A DNA stretch of 64,000 bases, taken from the IMG/VR virus record IMGVR_UViG_2939311655_000001, positions 1 to 64,000 of that record; one strand, given 5' to 3'. The position numbers were made by a program, and so were the translations under genes. Source of the stretch: a virus. Its lineage: Duplodnaviria > Caudoviricetes. Of the stretch, positions 36,731-45,463 are shown one piece after another. Below the pieces are notes generated by a model, which worked only from the letters and a program-made list of their open reading frames with translations, made no database searches and was not told the DNA's origin. Each line of letters starts with the position of its first letter. The first letter of the stretch is position 1.

Positions 36731-37600
36731 TCAGTCGTCGAGTGCCCGCCGGATGCCCTCTTCCAAGGTCACCGCAGGTTGGTAGTAGCCGAGCATTCGC
36801 GTCGGGTCGCACACCCGGTGGTGGACGCCTTGGAGTGCGGCTGGCAGGTGCTTGATCCGGGGCGTGTAGCCGGCTGCGGAGGTGACGTATCCGGCGAGCT
36901 GGTCGAAGCTGGTGGCGCGACCCCAGCCGAGGTTGACCGGGCCTGTGACGTCTTGGTCGACGGCGGCAAGGGTGGCGCCGACGACGTCGTCGACATGGAT
37001 CCAGTCCCGCGTGCTGCGGCCGTCGCCCCAGACTTCGAACGGGTCGTCGCGGCGCTTGGCCCGGGCGATGAACGCCGGGAACGGGTAGCAGTCGTCCTGA
37101 TCCTCGCCGTAGCCACTGAATGGCCTGAGCACGTGGACGCGGCACCCTTCGGCTTCGGCGACCTTGGCGAGCTGTTCGCCGACGACTTTGGCGATGCCGT
37201 AGGTGTTGTCGGGCCGGCTGATGAGGTCGAGGTCGATGTCGTCCTCGGCGAGGCGGTGGATGTCACCGGGCTGTTGCAGGTCGACGGGGTACGCCGCGCT
37301 GCTACTGAAGTACACGGCGCGCGGGGTACCGGTGCGTATGAGCCACCGGAAGTACCAGGCGTCCAGCGCGAGGTTCGTAGCAACGCCGAGGGGGCTGCCG
37401 TCGATGCTGGCACGGCCGCCGACGATGGCCGCGCAGTGGATCGCGAGGTCGTAGCCGCCGTTGTCGTAGCGGAAGAAGTCGAGGGCGTCGGAGTGGCGGC
37501 GTTCGTAGTCGACACCGAGGACGTCATGGCCGCAGGCTTCGAGGGCCTGGTGCAGGTGGCGGCCGATGAAGCCTTTGTGGCCGGTGAGCAGGACGTGCAT
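36731..37600 (-). CDS. NAD-dependent sugar epimerase/dehydratase
   Basis: TGHKGFIG, FSSSAAY, YGIAK, WGDG..TRDWIHVDD. Confidence 0.9.
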   Translation of the reverse strand: MHVLLTGHKGFIGRHLHQALEACGHDVLGVDYERRHSDALDFFRYDNGGYDLAIHCAAIVGGRASIDGSPLGVATNLALDAWYFRWLIRTGTPRAVYFSSSAAYPVDLQQPGDIHRLAEDDIDLDLISRPDNTYGIAKVVGEQLAKVAEAEGCRVHVLRPFSGYGEDQDDCYPFPAFIARAKRRDDPFEVWGDGRSTRDWIHVDDVVGATLAAVDQDVTGPVNLGWGRATSFDQLAGYVTSAAGYTPRIKHLPAALQGVHHRVCDPTRMLGYYQPAVTLEEGIRRALDD

Positions 37601-38199
37601 CAGCTGTCCACCTTCACTGCCCGGTAGACGCCCCACGGCAGGTCGGACTCGACGGGTTCGAGCCCGAGCTCGGTGCACGCTTCGCTCTGCTGTTGCGGGG
37701 ACCAGGTGGTGACGCCGATCCAGCTGTCTGCTTCGGCCGGCGTGTCGGAGAGGGGCCAGTCGAGGACGAGGATCCCGCCGAGCTTGGTGGCGGCCCGAAG
37801 CTTGCCGATGATGTGTAGGCAGTCCTGGTGACTGTGGTGGATGAGGACGGCGAGGCTGTAGACGGCGTCCATGCGGCGGCGGCCGAGGTGCCCGGCGATG
37901 CCGTCGGCGTCGGCCTGGACGGTGGTGAGGTCGGGGGCGCGCTCTGTCAGCCGGTCAAGCATGTTCTGGGAGGAGTCGACGGCGGTCACCTCGTAGCCCA
38001 GAGCGGCGAGCGGGATGGCGACACGTCCGTCACCGGCGCCGAAGTCCATGACCTTCACCCCGTCGGGGATGACGGTGGCGAGCATGTCGGCCTGCGCCCG
38101 GCCGGAGTCCCAGTAGGCGTCCTCGGAGACCTGCCGCAGGGGGTGGATCGCGGTGGGGTCGGCCTGGTCCCACGCCTTGATGACGTCGTCGGCGGACAT
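37600..38199 (-). CDS. Class I SAM-dependent methyltransferase
   Basis: VMDFGAGDGR, VTAVDSS, VLIHH, GGILVL. Confidence 0.88.
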   Translation of the reverse strand: MSADDVIKAWDQADPTAIHPLRQVSEDAYWDSGRAQADMLATVIPDGVKVMDFGAGDGRVAIPLAALGYEVTAVDSSQNMLDRLTERAPDLTTVQADADGIAGHLGRRRMDAVYSLAVLIHHSHQDCLHIIGKLRAATKLGGILVLDWPLSDTPAEADSWIGVTTWSPQQQSEACTELGLEPVESDLPWGVYRAVKVDS

Positions 38200-38210
38200 G
38201 CTGTGCCTCC

Positions 38211-38552
38211 TCAGACGGGTTGGGCGAAGGATCGGCAGCCGATGATGGTGCCGCTGCTGTTGCGGACCTCGCGGTACGGGACAAGGAGGTCACTGCGCCG
38301 GTCGGCCAGGGCGAGGGCGACGACGAGGGACACGATGTACTGGTAGCCGTCCCGCTTCGGCGGCAGGTTCTGGGCGTGCCCGAACTCGACCAGCACGGGC
38401 CACATGCCGCTGCTCACTTCGTTGGTGGCGAGCCGGGCCGGGGTGGGTTCGGGCTCGTAGACCTTCATGAGGTGCGCGTCGAGGTCGTCGCTGCCGTCTT
38501 CGCGTTCGTTCCAGTAGAGACGGATGGGGTGTGGTGTCAGGTTGAGGATCAC
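38211..38552 (-). CDS. Hypothetical phage protein
   Basis: NLTPHPI...LPP..DG..YIVS...VRNSSGTIIGC. Confidence 0.72.
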   Translation of the reverse strand: MILNLTPHPIRLYWNEREDGSDDLDAHLMKVYEPEPTPARLATNEVSSGMWPVLVEFGHAQNLPPKRDGYQYIVSLVVALALADRRSDLLVPYREVRNSSGTIIGCRSFAQPV

Positions 38553-39259
38553 GGTGCCTCCTCGACGAGCTTCCGGAGCTTGGCCAGGTCGGCTTCGAGT
38601 CCGCCGTTGTCCCGGTAGTCGTAGTAGGCGGCCGAGTCGGCGGACACCATGGCGTCGGAGTTGACCTCTTCGTACCCGGCGTCGAGCTCCGCCTTGCCGT
38701 TCGCGGGATGCAGGTGCTCGATGACCATGTCGTCGAGGTACGTGATCCGCCCCATGCCCTGCCCCCAGTCGAGCCAGCAGAGGTCGAGGCAGAGGTGGAC
38801 CAGCGCCGGGGGCGCCATGTAGCCGAGCGTGTCGACGATGTCGGAAGTCATGGCCACGGCAGTGGCCATGACCTCGCCCTGCAGAAGGTCGTTGCCGTAG
38901 ACGATGCCGGGCCCGCCGGACAGGCACTCCCGGATCCGGGCGTCCCACGGCATGGCCGCCGGTCGGGGCCGGTGGTCGTCACCCATGAAGGCGAGGTACC
39001 GGTGCCGCTTCGACGCCTTGACCGCCTGCTGGTTCAGCGTGCCGCAGAGCCGGAGCCGCTTGCCGTACACGAACCGGAACCGGCCGTCGCCCTTCAGCTT
39101 CGCCGCTTCCGCCTTGTACCCGGCGAGCTCCGGATCGTCGGTGTCGACGGCGAACAGCAGGTCTGCGGTTGCCCCGGTGTCAGTCCATGCCTCCACCAGC
39201 GCGGTCACAGCCTGGGGTCGGCCGCGGGTCGGGATGATGACGAGCAGGTCGTCGGCCAT
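38549..39259 (-). CDS. Glycosyltransferase family 2-like (GT-A)
   Basis: VIIPTRGRP, VDTDD, FMGDDH (DxD-type), IEHLH. Confidence 0.85.
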   Translation of the reverse strand: MADDLLVIIPTRGRPQAVTALVEAWTDTGATADLLFAVDTDDPELAGYKAEAAKLKGDGRFRFVYGKRLRLCGTLNQQAVKASKRHRYLAFMGDDHRPRPAAMPWDARIRECLSGGPGIVYGNDLLQGEVMATAVAMTSDIVDTLGYMAPPALVHLCLDLCWLDWGQGMGRITYLDDMVIEHLHPANGKAELDAGYEEVNSDAMVSADSAAYYDYRDNGGLEADLAKLRKLVEEAP

Positions 39260-39272
39260 GGCGCGGGCCCTT

Positions 39273-41483
39273 CTACAGCTGGGTGATGACGAGGTTCCGC
39301 CAGAACGGGCGGACAGCCACGTCGGTGATGCTGCCGTTCGACAGCCCGAAGTAGGCGCCACGGTTGGTGACGTCGGCGACGACCCCGGTGGTCCAGAGGG
39401 GGTTACCGAGGCGCCGGGACTCCACCGTGGTCGGGGTGATGTCGATCTGGAACGACATGGACTGGCCGGCGACGGGCGCATCGGTCTGGACGTCAGCGCC
39501 GATCGTGATGCCGCCGGTCTGTGTGCTCAAGTGGCGGGAGAACCGCATGAACCCGTTCTGCCGGATCAGCCAGTGGTAGCCGTTGCTGGCGTTCAGGGTC
39601 GAGAATTCGTACACGTCGTCGGACGCTTTGCCGAGGTAGATCCCGCCGTGAAGGGTGAGGTCGCTGGCGCTGAGGGCGTCGTACTTCATGTCGAAGCTGA
39701 TGCGATACCCGCCGGCCCCGGGGACGATGGGGCAGTAGCGGCCGAGCCCGTAGGTGCCCTTGGATCGGTTGATCGACACCCAGCCGAGGTTGGCGCCATC
39801 CTCGAATTTGAGGGATGACGAGCTGTCGTAGTCCGTCATCGGGGTGCCGCCGGAATCCTTGATCTGGAGGTCCCAGCGGCTCGCGGTGGCCTTCGCGGTG
39901 GCGTCTCGGACGTACACGGGGTCGCTGGACATCAGCCCGACGACTCCGTCAGCCTCCAGCGCTGCACGCTGCGAGCGCCGGTAGGCAGGCCACGAGAAGA
40001 CGGGCTTCCCGCGGGCAACGATCTGCTGTCGGCGCGCGGAAGGCATCGTGGTCTGAACGCCCCAGTAGTCGACTTGGGCGTCCTTTCCGTTGATCGTGGC
40101 GTCAGTGGTGGCGTCGTCGAGATAGCACCAGGTGCGGAACCCGTTCGCCTTCGGCCAGGTGAACGACGTCCCAACGTGGGCCTTCCAGATCACGGACTGG
40201 TTGGCCTGTGGATACGACGTGGCCAGCAGGTTCTGGAGGGGGACGACGGAGTCGTTGCCCTTCGGCTCCAGGAACAGGACGACGCCGCGGCCGAGGTACT
40301 TGTCGAGGATCTTGCGGAGCGGTACGAGCGGCTGGTCCGTCCAGCCCTGCCCGAGCATGACCCGTCCGTTCGTCAACACCTTGTTGGCGAGCCCGGTCGA
40401 CGGGTACGTGTTCAGGGCGCCGGCGCTGTACGTCGTGCGGTCGAGCGTGGTGTCATGGATGCACCACAGTTGCCCCTCTGAGTCGACGTTCACGGAGATC
40501 TCGAAGGCCTGGATGCCGTGGGCGACGGCGTAGTCGTAGGCGGCCTCGGTGTGTTCCGGGGCGACCATGCCGGCCCCGCGGTGACCGAAGATTTTCGTGC
40601 CGGGCTGGGCCATGAATGCGTCTACGGTGAGCAGCGCCTTGGGGAGGTAGAGGGCTGCTGCGGATGCTGCTGCTGCGCTGGTGGCCGCGGTCTGTGCTGT
40701 CGCCGCCTTGGTCGAGGCGTCGGATGAGGCCGTGCCAATCGCGGCCGTGCGAGCGGCATCAGCCTTGTTGGTCGCGTCGGTGGCCGCGGCGCTGATGGCG
40801 GCGCTTTGGGCGCCGGCGGCTTTCGCTGTGGCGTCGGTCGCGGCTGCGCTGATCGCTGCGGTTTGGGCGTTGTTGGCTTTGGCTGTGGCGTCTGTAGCTG
40901 CGGCGTTGATGGCTGCGACACGGGCGGTGGTTGCGGAGCCGGCGGGGTCGTATGCGGTGTTCGAGCGTGCGACTTCTGCGGTGATGGCGTTGTCGGTGTA
41001 CTGCTCGGCATCCGCGTTGGATCCGTCGGCACCGTCGGCACCGGCGGGGCCGGCGGGGCCGGGGTCGCCTTGCGGTCCGGGCTCCCCGTCGACTCCTGGT
41101 GGGCCTTCGGGCCCGGTGATGATGATGTAGTCGCCTTCGTTGGAGGAGGCGGGGGTGATCGCGGGGAGCTTCACTGCCGGCGCGCTGGCGGGGAGTTCGG
41201 TGTAGAAGTCATCGCCCGCGGCGTCGGGAAATGCAATGACGACGCGGTAGGTGAACCCGGTGGGGTTGATGCCGGGGGCGTCGGTCGCGAGGACGGTGAG
41301 GCTGACTGCACCGTTGGCGTCGAACTTGGCCTTCGCCCGGCCCTGCACGGTGTAGCCGGTGTCAGCGGAGACGACCTTGCCGGGTACGGGGGTGATGCTG
41401 ACGGACCCCTTCATGGGAGATCCGTCGGGGTGGGTGTAGGTGCCGGTGAGGGTGACGGTAGGGAGGTCGTCGGGCAGCGCCAT
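39273..41483 (-). CDS. Fibre-like protein: anchor domain, collagen repeat, Ala-rich stalk, GDPD, beta domain
   Basis: G-X-Y repeats, 19-aa repeats, FGHRGAG..APEHT, CIHD, MSSDP. Confidence 0.85.
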   Translation of the reverse strand: MALPDDLPTVTLTGTYTHPDGSPMKGSVSITPVPGKVVSADTGYTVQGRAKAKFDANGAVSLTVLATDAPGINPTGFTYRVVIAFPDAAGDDFYTELPASAPAVKLPAITPASSNEGDYIIITGPEGPPGVDGEPGPQGDPGPAGPAGADGADGSNADAEQYTDNAITAEVARSNTAYDPAGSATTARVAAINAAATDATAKANNAQTAAISAAATDATAKAAGAQSAAISAAATDATNKADAARTAAIGTASSDASTKAATAQTAATSAAAASAAALYLPKALLTVDAFMAQPGTKIFGHRGAGMVAPEHTEAAYDYAVAHGIQAFEISVNVDSEGQLWCIHDTTLDRTTYSAGALNTYPSTGLANKVLTNGRVMLGQGWTDQPLVPLRKILDKYLGRGVVLFLEPKGNDSVVPLQNLLATSYPQANQSVIWKAHVGTSFTWPKANGFRTWCYLDDATTDATINGKDAQVDYWGVQTTMPSARRQQIVARGKPVFSWPAYRRSQRAALEADGVVGLMSSDPVYVRDATAKATASRWDLQIKDSGGTPMTDYDSSSSLKFEDGANLGWVSINRSKGTYGLGRYCPIVPGAGGYRISFDMKYDALSASDLTLHGGIYLGKASDDVYEFSTLNASNGYHWLIRQNGFMRFSRHLSTQTGGITIGADVQTDAPVAGQSMSFQIDITPTTVESRRLGNPLWTTGVVADVTNRGAYFGLSNGSITDVAVRPFWRNLVITQL
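40689..40916 (-). repeat. Four 57-bp (19-aa) tandem repeats AAIxAAATDATxKAxxAxT
   Basis: Visible in the translation of 39273..41483. Confidence 0.8.
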
Positions 41484-41511
41484 AACGCACCTCCTGCCGC
41501 GGTTTCAAGAA

Positions 41512-41580
41512 ACGCCGCCGTTCCGGATTCGAACCGGTGCTGGCCAGCTATGGGCGACAGCCTTCGCCTGCCGGCGGCGT
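41512..41580 (-). ncRNA. tRNA-like structure (acceptor stem plus T-arm, no D-arm)
   Basis: ACGCCGCCG...CGGCGGCGT closing stem, CCGG-TTCGAAT-CCGG T-arm, GGCTG-TCGCCCA-TAGCT stem-loop. Confidence 0.5.
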
Positions 41581-41762
41581 CCTCGTTCATGGGGTGGTGT
41601 GTCCCGCCGCCGGACGGGGGTTGACCGGCGGCGGGACGTGTCGGGGCCGGAGCGGGTCCCCGAGTCTGTGTCCGCCCGGACCCTCGACCGGGCGGACAGA
41701 GTGGGCCGAGCGCGTGGCGCATCGAGGCCCTACCTGCGCCCACCAGCGCAGGGGTTCATGGG

Positions 41763-42119
41763 TTATGCGGCATGGACGTGCGGACCGCGACTGTTCGCTG
41801 CCGGGTCGGCGGGCTTGTACTTGGCACCGCCCGCTGCTGCCCGTTCGACGGTGGGGAGGTGGAAATATGTGCCAGCCTCGCCGTCGAGTACGGGCTCGAT
41901 CTTGCCTCGGGATACCCAGACGCGGATGGTGCCGGGCTTCACGCCGACCGCTCGGGCCGCCTCCCAGAGGGTGGCGAGCTGTTCGTCTCCTTGGAGCCGT
42001 GCGAAGTGGATGTCGAGGGGGTCGGGGTTGGCGTAGGCAACCATGGCAACCTCCCGCAGGTACGCGACAGCCCCCACCGGTGCGTTCACGGTGGGGGCTT
42101 CGGAAGCGTGGTGTGACAT
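41763..42119 (-). CDS. MerR-like HTH DNA-binding protein (possible late regulator)
   Basis: EAARAVGVKPGTIRVWVSRGKIEP; upstream of the late operon. Confidence 0.7.
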   Translation of the reverse strand: MSHHASEAPTVNAPVGAVAYLREVAMVAYANPDPLDIHFARLQGDEQLATLWEAARAVGVKPGTIRVWVSRGKIEPVLDGEAGTYFHLPTVERAAAGGAKYKPADPAANSRGPHVHAA

Positions 42120-42221
42120 GTGTGCCACGATCAAGAACAGGTTTACAGCTCGGGCCCGCTTCCGTCAAGCGAGACACGCGGTCTGGGGTGTCGACCGGCA
42201 AGCGGAGTGAGCCGCGTCGGT

Positions 42222-42605
42222 CTAGGTCAGTACGGATTCGGCCCAGCATTCCTCAGTGCAGGTGTCGCCGTCGTGCGGCAGCCCGGCATCGTCGATGTCG
42301 CCGAACGGCACGATGCGGGCGGCGTTGAGGAACCATGCGCCTTTCGGAGTGAGCCAGGATCCGTTGATGGTGGAGCCGTGCTCGATGAGGCCCGCGGTGT
42401 CGAGTGTCGACATGACGATGTGGTGGACGGCGCCACCGCCGGTGAGGGTTTCGGCTTGGTGCCAGCGCTGGTCTTCGTAGAGGGGGCAGAGCGCGAGCAG
42501 GTCTCGGACGAGGTTGTAGGCGTCGTCGGGGTTGCCGCATCCACACAGTCCGAGGTCCACGTAGACGATCAAATTCAGGTGCTCAAGCGTGCTCTCGTTG
42601 CTCAC
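42222..42605 (-). CDS. Hypothetical protein
   Basis: LCGCGNP...GLIEHG...SWLTPKG. Confidence 0.7.
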   Translation of the reverse strand: MSNESTLEHLNLIVYVDLGLCGCGNPDDAYNLVRDLLALCPLYEDQRWHQAETLTGGGAVHHIVMSTLDTAGLIEHGSTINGSWLTPKGAWFLNAARIVPFGDIDDAGLPHDGDTCTEECWAESVLT

Positions 42606-43024
42606 GGCGCCCACTCCTCGCCTTTGTGGTCGGGGTGGTTGATGAACGATCGCGCAAGGATGCGGAGCGTTCGACAGGGCCAGTCCGTGGGGTATTCGTT
42701 CGGCTCGCCGCTGCCGCAGGTCTTGCAGTACTGCCGTGGGCTGCCGGGCCAGTAGCGGCCCCCGGGACTGTGCTCCTCGACGATGGCGAGCTTGACGCCG
42801 AGGTCGGCGATGACGTCGGCCGGGTCGTTGGCGGCGATGAACGTGGCGGTGTTCCGGGTCTGGTTGCTGCTGAGGGCGAAGACGTCGGCGACGAGGATGC
42901 CGTCGTGGGCGAGGACTTCTTCAGCATCGTCCGGGTTGACCTTCCACGGCCAGGGGGCTGCGGCTTCGGCGATGGCCCGCCGCTCCGCGTACCGGTCGCG
43001 GAGGAACTGGACCAGGTCGGTCAT
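42602..43024 (-). CDS. DUF6221-like protein
   Basis: DLVQFLRDR, NDPADVIAD, PCRTLRILA..F..HPD. Confidence 0.75.
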   Translation of the reverse strand: MTDLVQFLRDRYAERRAIAEAAAPWPWKVNPDDAEEVLAHDGILVADVFALSSNQTRNTATFIAANDPADVIADLGVKLAIVEEHSPGGRYWPGSPRQYCKTCGSGEPNEYPTDWPCRTLRILARSFINHPDHKGEEWAP

Positions 43025-43281
43025 TGGTTCGCCACGCGCACGGCGTTGAAGCAGCCGAAGCAGAGGTCAATCCACCGCTTGTCGTGCGCCGCGATCTCTG
43101 CGAGGAGAGCCGTGTCTGCCGACTTGCCGCAACTGAGGCAGATGTGGGGTTCGTCGCGGCGTGCGTCGATGTCGCTACCGTCAACGTCGACTGGCGCGGG
43201 TGGGAGCAGGGTGGGCTCGGCTTTGAGTAGGTGCAGCATGCCGGTGGCGTCCATGTCGTTATTCTCTCTCGCGGGTGTCAT
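43021..43281 (-). CDS. Small zinc-motif protein
   Basis: CLSC...RWIDLCFGC; ATGA-coupled. Confidence 0.62.
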   Translation of the reverse strand: MTPARENNDMDATGMLHLLKAEPTLLPPAPVDVDGSDIDARRDEPHICLSCGKSADTALLAEIAAHDKRWIDLCFGCFNAVRVANQ

Positions 43282-43979
43282 GCCGCGACCCCTGCTGCTT
43301 CGGCGAGCACAGCGTCCTGCTGCTGTCGGAGTTCCCGCCATGCTCCGAGGTCACCCCATTCGGTGCCGCACGTTCCGCACCTGATGCGGTGGTTGGTGGC
43401 GACGGCGGTGAGCTGGGCCCGGCACAACTGGCCGTCAACACGGACGGGGCAGAGCCCAGTCTTGACCCGGCCGGGCTTCCGTTCGTTGGCGACCGCGGCC
43501 GCGCATTCGGCGTGGAGTCGGCGGATGTCCTCGACGTCCTGGGCGACGGAGTCGTAGGCGTCGGCCGCCCACGGCAGGTTGTTGAGGAGGAACCTCACGT
43601 GCTCGGGCACGGCTTGGCGGGGGCTCCCGCGCCACGGGGCGACGGTCCAGCCGAGCCGGTTCCGCCACGCGTCCTCAATGTCCCGCAGTCGGGTCGCCAT
43701 GCCGCCGGCTGCGACGAGGTTGAGGACTTCGAGCCGAGGCGGGATCGGCGGCGTCTTGCTGCCGGATGTCGGTGCTCCTCCCCCGCTGGCACCGCGCATC
43801 AACGCCGCGGTGGTGTCGAGCTGGGCGAACAGGCCGGGCAACTCCTGGAGCCGCACCCGCGTCTTGTCCTCGCACGGCCGGCAGATCTGCCGCTCGTACT
43901 CGTTCTCCCACAACGGCTTGCGGCAGGCGGTGCAGGTCGGCCATTCGTACTGGGTGAGGTCTGCGGTGTGGTCGTGCAT
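43278..43979 (-). CDS. Zinc-finger phage protein
   Basis: CTAC/CRPC at the N-terminus, CP...C...CGTC at the C-terminus. Confidence 0.7.
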   Translation of the reverse strand: MHDHTADLTQYEWPTCTACRKPLWENEYERQICRPCEDKTRVRLQELPGLFAQLDTTAALMRGASGGGAPTSGSKTPPIPPRLEVLNLVAAGGMATRLRDIEDAWRNRLGWTVAPWRGSPRQAVPEHVRFLLNNLPWAADAYDSVAQDVEDIRRLHAECAAAVANERKPGRVKTGLCPVRVDGQLCRAQLTAVATNHRIRCGTCGTEWGDLGAWRELRQQQDAVLAEAAGVAA

Positions 43980-44106
43980 GGTGGGCTCCTCGGTGCGGCG
44001 GTACAGAGGTGCGGGTGCTGCGTCAATTGTCGCTGAGGGTGATGACAACTGGCGGGCACGGCAAAGGCCCGCCCTGGATGGGGCGGGCCCGAGTCGGGCT
44101 GGGTGG

Positions 44107-44400
44107 TCACGGGCGTCCCGGGGCGGTGACCCATCGTTGCCATGCGGCGAGGCCTTGGGCCGCTGCCTTCTCGCGGGTGGGTTCGGGCCGGCGTTGGGTG
44201 GGGGTGCCGCCCGCCAACCGCCAGTTCCATCCGTTGCGCCCGGTGCGGCTGGTCCCGCCGTAGGACGGTTCGACGATGATGAGGGTCTGCCCGCCGGATG
44301 TGACGTGCCAGGTGCGGCTGTCCGGCCAGGTGGGGGCTTTGACGAGTTCGGCGGCGTTGATGAGGGCGCGGGCTGCTTTCGCGGTCAGTGGCCGGGTCAT
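44107..44400 (-). CDS. Hypothetical protein
   Basis: GAGGA RBS; PTREKAAAQGL. Confidence 0.62.
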   Translation of the reverse strand: MTRPLTAKAARALINAAELVKAPTWPDSRTWHVTSGGQTLIIVEPSYGGTSRTGRNGWNWRLAGGTPTQRRPEPTREKAAAQGLAAWQRWVTAPGRP

Positions 44401-44402
44401 GG

Positions 44403-44546
44403 TCAGTCCTCGTCGTCGTTGTCGTATCGGGCGTCCCAGTACCGGTCATCGGCGGCTGCGGCTTCGGCGGGGGTCTCCTCCCACGGCGAGGGCTGGATGG
44501 GCCCGCCATCCACCGGCGACGGGCCCAACACGGCGGGGGCGGTCAC
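44403..44546 (-). CDS. Small acidic protein (47 aa)
   Basis: Own translation MTAPAVLGPSPVDGG...DNDDED; GTGA-coupled. Confidence 0.5.
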   Translation of the reverse strand: MTAPAVLGPSPVDGGPIQPSPWEETPAEAAAADDRYWDARYDNDDED

Positions 44547-44926
44547 GGTGCGACCTCGGGGTGCGTGTACCGGATGGGCTTGCCGAGTTCGCGGGCGTAG
44601 GCGATCTCGGAGCGGGTGCTCGTGCCGATGTAGTCACCGACGACGATGACGCGGTCTGCAAGGCGGATCTTCTGCTTGTGCTGGTCGTCGAGCCGGGCCT
44701 TGAGCGCTTCCGCTTCGACCGGGTCAGCCCACAAAGGGTGCGGCTCCTTCATGTTGCAGTCGGGCTTGAGGACGAGAGCCCCGATGACGGACTGCTCGAT
44801 CGCGACCTCCGCCATATCGGCGGCGAACCGCATCGAGCCGCAGAGAACGACGACGTCACGGATACCGAGGCCGGCCTTGCCCTGCGCGAGCTTCTCTTCC
44901 GGGGTGAGCAGCTGGGGGTACGACAT
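44543..44926 (-). CDS. Hypothetical protein (nucleoside deoxyribosyltransferase-like fold)
   Basis: VLCGSMRF...HKQKIRLAD...YIGTSTRSEIAYA..LGKPI. Confidence 0.65.
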   Translation of the reverse strand: MSYPQLLTPEEKLAQGKAGLGIRDVVVLCGSMRFAADMAEVAIEQSVIGALVLKPDCNMKEPHPLWADPVEAEALKARLDDQHKQKIRLADRVIVVGDYIGTSTRSEIAYARELGKPIRYTHPEVAP

Positions 44927-44939
44927 GGGGGTCTCCTTG

Positions 44940-45461
44940 TCAGGCGGGCAGGTAGTGGATGTGGATGGCGTGGTCGGCGTCCGCGTCGGCGAAGCTCATG
45001 AGCCACGGGCATTCGGCGTCCTCGGGCTGCCACTCGAACACCACCCACCGGAGCACCAGGTCCGCCGGGTCCGCGTAGTCCGGGGCGATCTGCATGTCCG
45101 CGGCGAACTCGGCCAGGGCCTCACCAGCCTTGATGTTGTCCGCTGTCAGGAGGACGATTTCGCCCTCCTCGAACTGGACGACGGGGATGCTGGCGTAGCG
45201 ACCGTCGAAGTCGGCGGCGGTGGGGGTGAACCGGCCCATCGGGAGGTCCGGGACGGGGACGACGTCGTCGAGGTACCGGATCCACTCGTAGTCCGGCCGG
45301 CACGCCACGGGGTACCTGTCCCTGTCGAGGCGGATCCGGAGGCTCGCCGGGTCGTCCGCGATCTCGGTGATGACGCCGGGGAGGTAGGTGTCTTGGTCGC
45401 GGTAGTACGCGAACTCGACGCGGCGGCCTACCACGGCCTGGGCGTTCAGGGTGTCGGGCAT
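44940..45461 (-). CDS. Hypothetical protein
   Basis: AAGGAG RBS; good codon bias. Confidence 0.68.
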   Translation of the reverse strand: MPDTLNAQAVVGRRVEFAYYRDQDTYLPGVITEIADDPASLRIRLDRDRYPVACRPDYEWIRYLDDVVPVPDLPMGRFTPTAADFDGRYASIPVVQFEEGEIVLLTADNIKAGEALAEFAADMQIAPDYADPADLVLRWVVFEWQPEDAECPWLMSFADADADHAIHIHYLPA

Positions 45462-45463
45462 GG

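Noticed and set aside
36731-39259. DNA hypermodification cluster
   Set aside because: No base-hydroxymethylase, kinase or DNA polymerase; genes are in the late operon and the virion proteins have GS termini. Disfavoured, not excluded
41512-41580. Canonical tRNA-Gly(GCC) gene
   Set aside because: No D-arm, non-canonical anticodon loop, mismatched T-stem base and no CCA; kept only as tRNA-like
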